From contig OZ255721.1 in NCBI GenBank assembly GCA_965277285.1, forward strand, positions 3,008,001-3,072,000: 64,000 nucleotides of DNA. Direction: 5' to 3'. Under the pieces are notes generated by a model that saw only the letters and a list, made by a program, of their open reading frames with translations, was not told where the DNA came from and did no database searches. Shown in pieces: positions 19,208 through 29,350 of this stretch. Every line of letters starts with the position of its first letter. Position 1 is the first letter of the stretch. Source of the DNA: Abditibacteriaceae bacterium (GTDB lineage Bacteria; Armatimonadota; Abditibacteriia; Abditibacteriales; Abditibacteriaceae). A program made the position numbers and the translations under genes.

Positions 19208-20317
19208 TTAAGGGCGTTGCGTGGCCGCACGATAAGCTTCCAATGTCGTTTGCGCCTGGCGTTCCACCGTGAAATACGCGACACGCGCGCGACCTTTTTG
19301 TCGCAATTCCTGCTGCCATCCGGCGTCATCGAGTACTCGACTTAAACCTTGCGCGATGGCCTCGACGGAGTAAGGGTTGACGAGTTGCGCGGCTTCGCCG
19401 GCGACTTCGGGCATCGAAGAACAATCGCTGGTGAGAACCGGACAATCGCAGGCCATAGCTTCGAGGATCGGTAACCCGAAACCTTCGTACAAACTCGGAT
19501 AAGCGAAAAGCGTTGCGCCCGCATAAAGCGACGGCAGATCATCGTCTGGCACGTAACCGGTCGTGGTGACGTAAGGCGGTGAATTGTGTGACTCGTCGCC
19601 CCAGCCTTTTTTGCCGACGATGACCAGACGGTGCGGCTTGTCGGGATGCGCATCGAGTACTCGACCAAACGCTTCTATCAGGCGCGGCAGGTTCTTGCGC
19701 GGCTGCAAGACGCCCACGCTCAGCACATAAGGCGCGCTTCCCAACCCGTATTTGGCGCGCACGGCTTTAGTGCTTTGGGCGGTGATGTTCTGGCCAAAAT
19801 CTGGCGGCACGGCGTTGGGAGTCACGCTGATTTTGGAAGGGCGCACCCGCAAATAGCGCGCTATATCTTGGCGCGCGGCGTTGCTGACGGTTAGGATGCG
19901 CGTCGCGCGGCGCGCCGAAGAAGGCATGGCGCGGTTCATCACCAGGCGATGCAAGCGAGGAAACGTTTGCGGCAGAGCACGCCACACCACGTCATGAATC
20001 GTTGTGACGTAAGGGCACGGCAAGCCGTAGGGCGCCAAATATTGAAGATGCACCAGATCGGGACGCTCTTTGCGTGCCCAGATCGGCAAAGCGAGCAACG
20101 TCCAAACCCGCGAGTTCGGTGCTGCGATAACAACCGGATGGAAAACTTCTGACCTGGGCAAAACACCTTCGTCGTCGGGCGCAGCCAGCAGCAAGTCGAA
20201 GTGCCATTCACTGGCGCGCAAAGACAGGCGCGACAAACCGCGCAGCAAGTTGAGGCAATACGTGCGGTCGCCAGTCTTGTGCGCCAATACGGTGCGGCAA
20301 TCAATGGCGATTCTCAT
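19208..20317 (-). CDS. Glycosyltransferase family 4
   Basis: MRIAID, TTIHD, QPRKNL, YPSLYEGFGLPILEAMA. Confidence 0.95.
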   Translation of the reverse strand: MRIAIDCRTVLAHKTGDRTYCLNLLRGLSRLSLRASEWHFDLLLAAPDDEGVLPRSEVFHPVVIAAPNSRVWTLLALPIWARKERPDLVHLQYLAPYGLPCPYVTTIHDVVWRALPQTFPRLHRLVMNRAMPSSARRATRILTVSNAARQDIARYLRVRPSKISVTPNAVPPDFGQNITAQSTKAVRAKYGLGSAPYVLSVGVLQPRKNLPRLIEAFGRVLDAHPDKPHRLVIVGKKGWGDESHNSPPYVTTTGYVPDDDLPSLYAGATLFAYPSLYEGFGLPILEAMACDCPVLTSDCSSMPEVAGEAAQLVNPYSVEAIAQGLSRVLDDAGWQQELRQKGRARVAYFTVERQAQTTLEAYRAATQRP

Positions 20318-20369
20318 AACAAGAAGTCCGCTGGGCCAACGCTTTTCACAAATCGAGTACTCGATTCGC

Positions 20370-20930
20370 TCAAGACGCCGCTTCGGTTTTAGCTTCGGCT
20401 GGAGTTGTTTCGACCGAAATGTTGTCGTTGGTGTAAATGCAAATGCTGGCGGCGATGCGCAAGGCGTTTTCGGCGATGTCGCGCGCGTTCATTTCGGTGT
20501 GGCGCAAAAGCGCGGTCGCGGCGCTCTGGGCGAAAGTTCCGCCGCTGCCAATCGCCGCCACACCTTCGTCCGGCTCGATTACGTCGCCGTTGCCCGAGAG
20601 CAGGAACATTTCGCTGGCGTTGGCCACAATCAACAAGGCTTCCAATCGTCGCAAAACGCGGTCGGTGCGCCAATCTTTGGCGAGTTCAACCGCGGCGCGC
20701 CGCAAATTGCCGCGATGCGCTTCCAGTTTCTGCTCAAACTTTTCAAACAACGTCATGGCGTCGGCGGCGCCACCGGCGAAACCGGCGATCACGTCGTTGT
20801 TCATGCGCCGCACTTTGCGCGCGCCATTTTTTACGATGTGATGCTCGACCGTGACTTGTCCATCACCGGCAATCGCGGTTTGATCGTTGCGGCGAACCGC
20901 GCAAATGGTTGTGGCGTGAAATTGTTGCAT
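20370..20930 (-). CDS. hslV: ATP-dependent protease peptidase subunit HslV
   Basis: [56 protein letters not shown]. Confidence 0.95.
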   Translation of the reverse strand: MQQFHATTICAVRRNDQTAIAGDGQVTVEHHIVKNGARKVRRMNNDVIAGFAGGAADAMTLFEKFEQKLEAHRGNLRRAAVELAKDWRTDRVLRRLEALLIVANASEMFLLSGNGDVIEPDEGVAAIGSGGTFAQSAATALLRHTEMNARDIAENALRIAASICIYTNDNISVETTPAEAKTEAAS

Positions 20931-21043
20931 GGAAATTAACCGCGAAAAGCGCGAAAAAAGAAATCGAGTACTCGAAACAGGGAATTGTGGCGTTTGGCGC
21001 GTGCTCTTTGTATTTCAATGTTGATCTACGATTCAGTGCTGAT

Positions 21044-21976
21044 TTACGATGTTATCTCGCAGCTTTCGTCGTTTGGACGCGGCTTGGTTAAAGCTGACAA
21101 CATTCCAGCCAAGTCGACCAGGCGGAAAAACGGATAAAGCGCGAGCGCGGGCGAGATCTGCCAATTTTTGAGGTTCAGGTCGCGCCGTCCATTTTGCAGG
21201 CGCCGCCAATCGAGCAAAACATTGCGCGCGTAAAGTGGGAATGCGGCCAGCGGCCCCAAACGCAGCCACGGTGTTTCCGGCAAAGTTGGATCGGTCCAGC
21301 AAGCGGCGACGGCATCATAACCCTGGCGAAAACGTTCGACGCGAAAGGGCTGCACTTCATGCAGCACAACCGCATTGGGCACCATCATCACCGGCGTTTT
21401 GCGGCGCTTTAATAATTGCGCGTGCGCGTAGCAGCGGCAACGCATCGGGCCGTGCGGCACGGGCGACTCAATCAAAGTATCGCGGCGAAAACCGGAATTA
21501 TTGGACGCGTAGCAGGCCAAAGTGCGATTGCCGCGCGGCAGCAGAAAGCCGAAATCCATCACGCTGCAAACCGACGCCAGAAAACCGCCATCGTAGCGCG
21601 TGAAGCCGCCCGTCGCGTGCACTTTGCCCGAACGCAGAACTTCCAAATGGCGTTCCAGCCAACCGTCTTGCGGCAGGCAATCGCCATCGAGATAAAGTAC
21701 AAAACGGCTTTGCGCTTGTTGCGCCGCTTTAGTTTTCGCTTCATCGTAGCTCAAGCCCAGCGCATCCACGCGCTCGACAGCGGGGAATTCGCGCGCCAAT
21801 AAATCGAGCAAAGCCTGGTCGCCATGAGTATCTGTGACGAGTACTTGCGTGTTGCCATGCGTTGCGGCCATTTGTGTGGCGGCTTGAAGAACGTTGCGAA
21901 AACGGCCAAAATCGCCGCCTTCCCCATGCGTATAACTTTCGACGACGATGCTGGCTTCCAATTTTTCGTTTTCCAT
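21044..21976 (-). CDS. Glycosyltransferase family 2-like protein
   Basis: ASIVVESY, VLYLDGDCLPQDGWL. Confidence 0.75.
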   Translation of the reverse strand: MENEKLEASIVVESYTHGEGGDFGRFRNVLQAATQMAATHGNTQVLVTDTHGDQALLDLLAREFPAVERVDALGLSYDEAKTKAAQQAQSRFVLYLDGDCLPQDGWLERHLEVLRSGKVHATGGFTRYDGGFLASVCSVMDFGFLLPRGNRTLACYASNNSGFRRDTLIESPVPHGPMRCRCYAHAQLLKRRKTPVMMVPNAVVLHEVQPFRVERFRQGYDAVAACWTDPTLPETPWLRLGPLAAFPLYARNVLLDWRRLQNGRRDLNLKNWQISPALALYPFFRLVDLAGMLSALTKPRPNDESCEITS

Positions 21977-22018
21977 ATCTTCGTTTTTCGTGGTTCGTAA
22001 TTGATTCAATCAAATCGG

Positions 22019-22969
22019 TTAGCGACGCTCGCCGTTTTTAATCATTTCCTCGACTTCTTCGCGGCTGGGCATCGAGATCTGCGCGCCCGCTTTTGTCGCG
22101 GAAAGCGCGGCAGCGGCATTGGCGAACAAAACGGCTTCTTCCAGATCGCGGCCTTGCGCGAGACAGCAGGCGATGGCGCCGGTAAAAGTGTCGCCCGCCG
22201 AAGTCGTGTCGGCGGCTTTGACGCGAAAGCCGGGAACGCGCGTCGCGCCATTTTGGTTGGTGACGAGCGCGCCGTGCTTGCCCAGCGTCATAATCACGGT
22301 TTGAACGCCCTTATCCAAAAGCGGGCGACTGGCATTGACCGCCGTGTGGATGCCGATTTCTTCGGCGCCCGTCAAGACCAGTGTTTCGGTTTCGTTGGCG
22401 ATTGTAATCGTGGTATTTTTCAACAGCGAAGAGGGCAGCTTGCGCACTGGAGCCGGATTCAAAACGACTTTGGTGCCGTTATCCGCCGCGAGTTGCGCCG
22501 CGTACTTGACAGTTTCCATTGGAATCTCGAGCTGCAAAATCATCACTTTGGCTTCTTGAATCGCTGGCAGCGCGCGATCCACATCGGCGGGCGTCAGGTT
22601 GATGTTGGCGCCAGGCGCCACGACGATCTGGTTTTCGCCGTTTTCATCGACGTAAATCAAGGCGACGCCGGACGCCGTGTCCTCATCGGTTATCAGATAA
22701 TCGGTGCCCAGTCCGATTTCTTGAAAAGAGCGGCGCGAGGCTTCGGCGAACAAGTCGTTGCCCAGGCGCGCCACGAGTTGCGTGTTCGCACCCAACTTGC
22801 AGGCGGCGAACGCTTGATTGGCGCCTTTGCCGCCAGCGTTCATCACGAAAGAGGAGCCCATCACGGTTTGTCCGGGCAGCGGAAGTTCGGCACAACGGAC
22901 GACCATATCCATATTCGATGAACCGATGACAATGACATCGCAAGCAGAACGGTTTGACATAATTTTCAT
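22019..22969 (-). CDS. rbsK: Ribokinase
   Basis: GSSNMD, GGKGANQA, LQLEIP, NETE, DTTSAGDTFTG. Confidence 0.93.
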   Translation of the reverse strand: MKIMSNRSACDVIVIGSSNMDMVVRCAELPLPGQTVMGSSFVMNAGGKGANQAFAACKLGANTQLVARLGNDLFAEASRRSFQEIGLGTDYLITDEDTASGVALIYVDENGENQIVVAPGANINLTPADVDRALPAIQEAKVMILQLEIPMETVKYAAQLAADNGTKVVLNPAPVRKLPSSLLKNTTITIANETETLVLTGAEEIGIHTAVNASRPLLDKGVQTVIMTLGKHGALVTNQNGATRVPGFRVKAADTTSAGDTFTGAIACCLAQGRDLEEAVLFANAAAALSATKAGAQISMPSREEVEEMIKNGERR

Positions 22970-23116
22970 TTCCCGACAGCGTTAAATTTGGTTTAAACAT
23001 TCTCTTCGTTGTTGCGAGTATCACGCGAACGGACAAAGGCGGCAAGACTGGCGGCTTTATGATAAAAACAAGAGCGAAATCGAGTACTCGATTACGCTTA
23101 ACGGAGACAATTCCTC

Positions 23117-24979
23117 ATGTCCAATACCGTTCAAACGACTGACATCGCCACGCAGCAAGCCCTCGCCGCGCAATTGCGCATTGACAGCATCCGTTGCACG
23201 ACCGCAGCGGGAAGCGGCCACCCGACTTCGGCCATGAGCGCCGCCGATTTGATGAGCGTTCTGCTCACCGATCACCTGCGCTACGACTTCAACAACCCCG
23301 ACGACCCGAACAACGACAGCCTGATTTTTTCCAAAGGTCACGCCTGTCCGCTACTCTACGCGGCCTACAAAGCCGTCGGCGCCATTTCTGATGCCGAACT
23401 TTTGACCTTGCGCAAGCTGGGCAGCCGCTTGGAAGGCCATCCGACGCCCGATATTCCGTGGGTCGAAGCCGCGACAGGTTCGCTGGGACAAGGCATTTCG
23501 GTCGGCATCGGCGACGCTTTGGCCGCGCATTTGGACAAGCGCGATTACAAAGTCTGGGTTATTCTGGGCGATAGCGAAATGGCCGAAGGCAGCGTTTGGG
23601 AAGCCTTCGCCGCCGCCAGCGAATACAAACTGAATAACATGGTCGCCATTCTCGACATGAACCGTTTGGGTCAGCGCGGCGAAACCATGCTGGGCTGGCA
23701 TTCGGAAATCTATGCGGCTCGTGCGCGCGCTTTCGGCTGGAACGCGGTCGAAATTGACGGCCACAACCTGGACGAAGTGCGCAGCGCCTTCGACATCGCA
23801 CAGAACTCCGAATTGCCGACTTGTATCATCGCCAAAACCGAGAAAGGTCACGGCATTAAGCTGACCGCCAATCAACCAGGCTGGCACGGCAAAGCCTTGA
23901 GCAAAGATCAGGCGACCGAAGCGATTGCAGAACTCGGCGGCAAAAACGATATGCTGATCCAGGTTCAAAAACCCGCTGACGATACCACGCCGAGTACTGG
24001 ATTTGTGGCGGGCGCGCTCGAACTTCCCAAATACACGTTGGGCGAAAAAGTCGCGTGCCGCAAAGCGTATGGCGACGCTCTCAAAGCGATTGGCGCGGCG
24101 GACGAAAGCGTGGTCGCGCTGGACGCCGAAGTTTCCAACTCGACGTTTTCCGACCAGTTCGGCAAAGCCTTTCCCGACCGTTTCTTTGAAATGTTCATCG
24201 CCGAGCAATTGTTGGTGAGCGCCGCGACCGGCTTGCAAAACCGTAAGAAAAAGCCGTATTGCTCGACTTTTGCGGCGTTCTTCGCGCGCGCTTATGACCA
24301 GATTCGCATGGGTGCCATTTCGCAGGCCGATATCAAATTGGCGGGAAGTCACGCTGGCGTTTCCATCGGCGAAGACGGCCCGTCGCAGATGGCGCTGGAA
24401 GACTTGTCGATGATGCGTGCCGTTCACGGCTCGACGGTTTTATATCCCAGCGATGCAACTTCAACCGCCGCACTGGTCGCGGAAATCAAGGACATTCCCG
24501 GCATTTCGTTCATCCGCACTACGCGCGAAGCGACGCCGGTTCTTTACGAATCAACTGAGAAGTTTCCGATTGGCGGCTCCAAAACTTTGCGCTCATCCGA
24601 TAACGATGTGGCGACAATTATCGGCGCCGGAATCACGATTCGTGAGGCTTTGACGGCTTACGAGCAGTTGAAAGGCGAAGGCAAAACTGTTCGAGTACTC
24701 GATGTGTATTCGGTCAAGCCGATTGATGTCGCGGCGATTGCCAAAGCCGCCAAGGAAACGCGCCATTTAGTGGTTGTCGAAGACCACTGGAAAGAAGGCG
24801 GCATCGGCGACGCGGTTCTGGCGGCTTTGGCCGATGCGCAGGAAGACGGCAAGCTGAACGGCGAAGCGGCGAAGTTTACGCATTTGTGCGTGCGCAAAAT
24901 GCCACGCTCGGCGACGCCCGACGAATGCCTGGCCGACAACAACATCAGCGCGGCGGACATTGTCAACGCCGTGAAATAG
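23117..24979 (+). CDS. tkt: Transketolase
   Basis: SGHPTSAMS, FSKGHA, LEGHPTP, ATGSLGQG, GDSEMAEGSVWEA, SHAGVSIGEDGPSQM. Confidence 0.95.
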   Translation: MSNTVQTTDIATQQALAAQLRIDSIRCTTAAGSGHPTSAMSAADLMSVLLTDHLRYDFNNPDDPNNDSLIFSKGHACPLLYAAYKAVGAISDAELLTLRKLGSRLEGHPTPDIPWVEAATGSLGQGISVGIGDALAAHLDKRDYKVWVILGDSEMAEGSVWEAFAAASEYKLNNMVAILDMNRLGQRGETMLGWHSEIYAARARAFGWNAVEIDGHNLDEVRSAFDIAQNSELPTCIIAKTEKGHGIKLTANQPGWHGKALSKDQATEAIAELGGKNDMLIQVQKPADDTTPSTGFVAGALELPKYTLGEKVACRKAYGDALKAIGAADESVVALDAEVSNSTFSDQFGKAFPDRFFEMFIAEQLLVSAATGLQNRKKKPYCSTFAAFFARAYDQIRMGAISQADIKLAGSHAGVSIGEDGPSQMALEDLSMMRAVHGSTVLYPSDATSTAALVAEIKDIPGISFIRTTREATPVLYESTEKFPIGGSKTLRSSDNDVATIIGAGITIREALTAYEQLKGEGKTVRVLDVYSVKPIDVAAIAKAAKETRHLVVVEDHWKEGGIGDAVLAALADAQEDGKLNGEAAKFTHLCVRKMPRSATPDECLADNNISAADIVNAVK

Positions 24980-24991
24980 AAGTTTGTGATT

Positions 24992-25020
24992 GTACGGGCG
25001 ACCCAGCGAGTCGCCCGTAC
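24992..25020. repeat. REP-like palindrome, family D
   Basis: GTACGGGCGACCCAGCGAGTCGCCCGTAC. Confidence 0.85.
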
Positions 25021-25040
25021 GTTGCATTTACGCCGTATTT

Positions 25041-25550
25041 ATGTCTCACCAAAACCCCAAAGTCGTTCCTGCGCCGTGGACATTGCGCGGCGACGCTTTC
25101 GCCTTTGTCGATCGAGTACTCGAACGTCGCATTGGCGTGCGCGCTTTCGTGCATTACACGCATTCGCCGGTCGGCGCTTACAACGAAATGGCGTCCGCAG
25201 TTTTGACGCGGCGCGGTGTTTCAGTCATCGAAATGCCGGTTACTCTTCTATCTTCGATGATCGGAGGACGCGAAAATTGGGGTTATCCCAAAACGTTGGA
25301 ATCCATCGAATGGGCGCGCAACGACAAACGCGTGCTCGTTCGTTTTCGCAACCGCAACATTCGCGCGCGCTTGTCGCGTTTCTCGTTTCCGATTTCTGCC
25401 AAAGCGTGGACAGTGCAAAACCTGGACGGAAACCAAGTTCGCGCGCCTTTGCAGATTTCAGGGCGCACGCATTTCGCGTTGGTCGGAAAACGTTTGGGCG
25501 TCTTCGTCGAAGATTTCACGATGACGGTTTTCGCGCCGGAGAAACTGTGA
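25041..25550 (+). CDS. Acetoacetate-decarboxylase-like protein
   Basis: PAPWTLRG, YTHSPVGAYNE, GGRENWGYPK. Confidence 0.75.
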   Translation: MSHQNPKVVPAPWTLRGDAFAFVDRVLERRIGVRAFVHYTHSPVGAYNEMASAVLTRRGVSVIEMPVTLLSSMIGGRENWGYPKTLESIEWARNDKRVLVRFRNRNIRARLSRFSFPISAKAWTVQNLDGNQVRAPLQISGRTHFALVGKRLGVFVEDFTMTVFAPEKL

Positions 25551-25840
25551 AATCCGTAACAATATTGAGAAATCCTAACTTCGCAAGTTGGTATTTTGCC
25601 GGTGGCACAATCGGTTTATTTCTTGGTTGGTTGTTGTGTTTCTTGTTGGTTCATCATCGAGTTATTGCAGAATATCATGCAGGAACATTTGCAGAAGCCC
25701 TGAATGCGTGTCGGGAAGATCAAGCGGATATGTGTGGCGATTACTTCTTGCAACTTTATGGTAGATATTGCGTGGCTTATGTGCCAACCAGTTTCCTTTT
25801 GGGTTTGATTAGTGTTTTTGTCGTCACAAGAAAGAAATAA
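25547..25840 (+). CDS. Small AT-rich membrane protein
   Basis: GTG overlapping the upstream TGA; two TM segments. Confidence 0.55.
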   Translation: MKSVTILRNPNFASWYFAGGTIGLFLGWLLCFLLVHHRVIAEYHAGTFAEALNACREDQADMCGDYFLQLYGRYCVAYVPTSFLLGLISVFVVTRKK

Positions 25841-25898
25841 GTTGAATAGCCGGACGCAATTCCGAGCAGCCACACATTCTCAAACCATAACTTTGCTG

Positions 25899-26669
25899 AT
25901 GAAACTCACATTTTTAGGAACTGGAACCAGTTATGGCGTGCCTTTTGTGGCGTGCGATTGCGCGGTTTGCACATCGACCAATCCGCGCAATAAACGCTTG
26001 CGCGCCTCGATTCTGGTCGAGACATCGAGTACTCGAATCCTGATCGACACGACGCCCGATTTGCGACAGCAATTGTTGCGCGAAAAAGTGCGCGATTTAT
26101 CGGCTGTTTTCTGGACGCATTCGCACAACGATCACATTATTGGGCTGGACGATCTGCGTCCGATTTGCAATCGCATCGGCTACATTCCGGGCTTTGCTGA
26201 TGAAGCGACAAGCGAGCATTTACAACGTATTTTTGGTTACGCTTTTGTGCCCGATCAGGAAGCGAACTTTCCGCGCGTCACGTTGCGCACTCTATCGCCG
26301 TTTGAAAGCGTCGAAATTGATGACGTTCGCATCACGCCAATTCCAATTTGTCACGGCACGCGCACGATTTTCGCGTATCGTTTTCAAGCCGAAAACCGAA
26401 CTCTGGTTTACGCGACCGATTGCTCGCAAATTCCCGACGCTTCGCGCGAAGCGATGCGTAATGCTGATGTTTTAGTTTTGGGCGCGCTGCGTCACAAACC
26501 GCATCCGGCGCATTTTTCGCTGAGTGAAGCCTTGAGCGAAGTCGCACTATTGAACGCTAAACGTGCTTTTTTTACGCATATCTCGCACGACTTGGATCAT
26601 GATGAAACAAATACGACCTTGCCACAGAATGTTCGCCTGGCGTTTGATGGTTTGAGTGTCGAAGTTTAG
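25899..26669 (+). CDS. Metallo-beta-lactamase-fold hydrolase (PhnP-like)
   Basis: FLGTGTSYGVP, CDCAVC, THSHNDHIIGLDDLR, THISH. Confidence 0.92.
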   Translation: MKLTFLGTGTSYGVPFVACDCAVCTSTNPRNKRLRASILVETSSTRILIDTTPDLRQQLLREKVRDLSAVFWTHSHNDHIIGLDDLRPICNRIGYIPGFADEATSEHLQRIFGYAFVPDQEANFPRVTLRTLSPFESVEIDDVRITPIPICHGTRTIFAYRFQAENRTLVYATDCSQIPDASREAMRNADVLVLGALRHKPHPAHFSLSEALSEVALLNAKRAFFTHISHDLDHDETNTTLPQNVRLAFDGLSVEV

Positions 26670-26676
26670 AGTGTCG

Positions 26677-26767
26677 CAACGAGCCCGAGGCGTAAGCGAG
26701 GGAGCTTGATTAGGTGTGACTCAATCTCCCTCGCTTACGTCCGCCCAAAGGGCACCCGGGTTCGTTG
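26677..26767. repeat. Family B hairpin repeat
   Basis: CAACGAGCCCGAGGCGTAAGCGAGGGAG...CTCCCTCGCTTACG...CGGGTTCGTTG. Confidence 0.8.
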
Positions 26768-26777
26768 AAATGTCATT

Positions 26778-27542
26778 ATGACAATCTCGCTCCAAAACCA
26801 AACCGTTGTTGTGACAGGCGGCGCGAAACGCGTTGGGCGCGCGATTGCGACCGAATGTGCCGCGTCTGGCGCCAACGTTGCGATTACGTTCAACACTTCG
26901 GAAAACGAAGCGCAGGAATTAGTCGAACAACTGCGCATCGAGTACTCGAATCAGCGGTTTGGATGTTTTCAATGCGAACTTTCGCGCGATGATGAAGTGC
27001 GGAAATTAGTCGTTGATGCCGTGCAAACCTTTGGACGCGTGGATGCTTTGGTCAACAATGCAGCGATTTTTCGGCGCACGCCTTTTGAAACGATGAACGA
27101 AAGCGATTTCGACGTCCACATCGCGTCCAATCTCAAAGCGCCATTTTTGACGTGCAAACATTTCGGCGATATTTTCCTTCAGCAAAAAAGCGGCGCGATA
27201 ATCAACATCGCCGATATTCATGGCTTGAAGCCATTGAAAAACTACATTCCGTATTGCGTTTCCAAAGCGGGGCTTATCTTACTCACAGAAGGCTTGGCCA
27301 AAGCTTTGGCGCCGCATGTTCGCGTAAATTGCATTTGTCCCGGCACGATTTTGCCGCCTTCGGAAACGCAAGGCAACAGTGAAGATTACAGCGACGACAT
27401 GGCGCAGTTGACGGCGCGCATTCCGCTGGGACGCATCGGTTCGCCCGAAGAAATCGCGCAAACCGTGATTTTTTTGATTAGCGGCCCCAAGTTCATTTCG
27501 GGCGCAATTTTGGCAGTGGATGGCGCAGAACATTTGCGCTGA
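26778..27542 (+). CDS. Short-chain dehydrogenase (pteridine reductase/FolM-like)
   Basis: TGGAKRVGRAI, LVNNAAIF, YCVSK. Confidence 0.88.
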   Translation: MTISLQNQTVVVTGGAKRVGRAIATECAASGANVAITFNTSENEAQELVEQLRIEYSNQRFGCFQCELSRDDEVRKLVVDAVQTFGRVDALVNNAAIFRRTPFETMNESDFDVHIASNLKAPFLTCKHFGDIFLQQKSGAIINIADIHGLKPLKNYIPYCVSKAGLILLTEGLAKALAPHVRVNCICPGTILPPSETQGNSEDYSDDMAQLTARIPLGRIGSPEEIAQTVIFLISGPKFISGAILAVDGAEHLR

Positions 27543-27769
27543 ACAAAGATTATTCTCAAGTTATGTATGTCATGGCAACCAAATCCAGAAAACAACGTCT
27601 TGGGGAAACTTTGCCCCCCAAATTGCTCTGTGAAGCGCGCTTACGACTTTACTGAGCGCAGAACGACGCACCAATCTCATCTTCTTTGTTGTGAAATGTG
27701 CCAGGCATATTTGGCTACTTCGTTGCTGGAAGGTCAGGGTGCGAGTTGTACAAGTTTTATATTTTTGAT

Positions 27770-29164
27770 ATGGCGTATATTCTTGTAGTCGAAGATGATC
27801 CTGAAATCAATGCGTTGATGGCGCTGACGTTGCGTGTCGAGGATTATGAGGTGGCGCAGGCGCGCGATGGCAAGCAGGCGCTTCAAATGGTGGTCGAACG
27901 CTTGCCCGATTTGATTTTGCTTGATGTGATGATGCCGCATCTTTCGGGCTATGAAGTCGCGCGCGTGTTGCAAAAGGACGCCGCGACGCGTCACATCCCA
28001 CTGATTTTCGTGACGGCCAAAAGCGACACGGAAGATCGCGTGCGCGGTCTGGAAATGGCGATTGATTATGTGTGTAAACCTTTCGCGGCGCCCGAGCTGA
28101 TCGCGCGCGTGCGTGCCGCATTGCGCATGAGCAAGTTGCAGGAACAACTGCGTGCCAGCAACGAAAAACTGGCGCAACTGGCGACCACCGATTCGCTGAC
28201 GGGTTTGTGCAACCGTCGTCATTTTTATCTTGAATTGGAAGACGAAATGCAGCGCGCGCGACGCTTCGGGCAACCGATGTCGGTCATTATGTTCGACCTG
28301 GATCACTTCAAGCGCATCAACGATACCTGGGGCCATCCGCAGGGCGATCTTGTTTTGCAAGCGTTCGCTCGAGTACTCGAAAACACCAAGCGCAGCATTG
28401 ACACTGTGGCGCGTTTGGGTGGCGAAGAGTTTGGCGCGCTTTTGCCGGCCACCGGCTTCGATGGCGCCTGTGCTTTCGCCGAAAAAGTGCGTCAGTCGAC
28501 GGCGAAAATGAACATTCCCGGCCTGCTTGCCGAGGGCGCTGCTGAGGGCGCTGCCGAAGGTATTGCCGAGGGCTCCGCTTCAAGCGATGACGCAAATAAC
28601 TGGCAAATTACCGTTTCCGTCGGAGCTGCCGTGGCTGAGCGTCTGGAACCTTTGGGCGAAACGTTTATTGCGGATGTTGGCGTGTCGAATGCTGGCGACG
28701 TAATCAGCCAGATAAGCGGAAGTGAAATGCCGCATGTCCCAGTGGCCAAAGAAGAAGCGACTGGAATCGTTGAAGTCAATCAAACTTCGCCGCTTGCAGG
28801 GCATATCGAAGCCGGTACTGAAGTGCTTGCTGAAGCCAGCCACGTGCAGCACCAAGCCGTGAGTCCTGACGCCTTTTTATTGACAGGGGCCGAAACGGTT
28901 TCGGTGCGCAGTTCGGTGCGTAGCGCACTTCAGGACGCAGCCATGCGCGCTGCGCAAGGTGTGGAAAATGGATTGCATGATTTGCAGGACGCTGATGCCA
29001 AGCTCTCGCCAGAAGGGCAGGAATTCGTAAAAGTTGCTGACCGTATGCTTTATCAATCGAAAGCGGCGGGACGCAATTGCACGACCGCCGAAATTATTTT
29101 TGAAGTCCCTACGACGCATTCTTCTGTTGATGATGCGCCAGACTCCGAAATCGCACGCTCGTAA
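27770..29164 (+). CDS. Response regulator-diguanylate cyclase (REC-GGDEF) with large internal insertion
   Basis: DLILLDVMMP, TDSLTGLCNRR, DLDHFKRINDTWGH, ARLGGEEF, ADRMLYQSKAAGRN. Confidence 0.92.
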   Translation: MAYILVVEDDPEINALMALTLRVEDYEVAQARDGKQALQMVVERLPDLILLDVMMPHLSGYEVARVLQKDAATRHIPLIFVTAKSDTEDRVRGLEMAIDYVCKPFAAPELIARVRAALRMSKLQEQLRASNEKLAQLATTDSLTGLCNRRHFYLELEDEMQRARRFGQPMSVIMFDLDHFKRINDTWGHPQGDLVLQAFARVLENTKRSIDTVARLGGEEFGALLPATGFDGACAFAEKVRQSTAKMNIPGLLAEGAAEGAAEGIAEGSASSDDANNWQITVSVGAAVAERLEPLGETFIADVGVSNAGDVISQISGSEMPHVPVAKEEATGIVEVNQTSPLAGHIEAGTEVLAEASHVQHQAVSPDAFLLTGAETVSVRSSVRSALQDAAMRAAQGVENGLHDLQDADAKLSPEGQEFVKVADRMLYQSKAAGRNCTTAEIIFEVPTTHSSVDDAPDSEIARS

Positions 29165-29244
29165 GCGTTCTCCTTGCAAGCGTTCTCCCTCAAGCGTTCT
29201 GCCTCAAGCGTTCTGCCTCAAGCGTTCTGCCTCAAGCGTTCTGC
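29163..29244. repeat. 14-bp tandem repeat x6 (AAGCGTTCTGCCTC) starting in the stop codon
   Basis: Read directly; the first two units are diverged. Confidence 0.92.
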
Positions 29245-29350
29245 TTGTCGCGCTACAATCGAGTACTCGATTGCAGCAATATGATTCGCAATATGCGGAA
29301 CGACCTCGGTCGGTTTCCAAGTTCATCGCACGCTTCTATACTCTTGTGCG

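Noticed and set aside
28640..29010. Intein in the diguanylate cyclase
   Set aside because: No intein N-terminal block or C-terminal HN motif; low-complexity composition.
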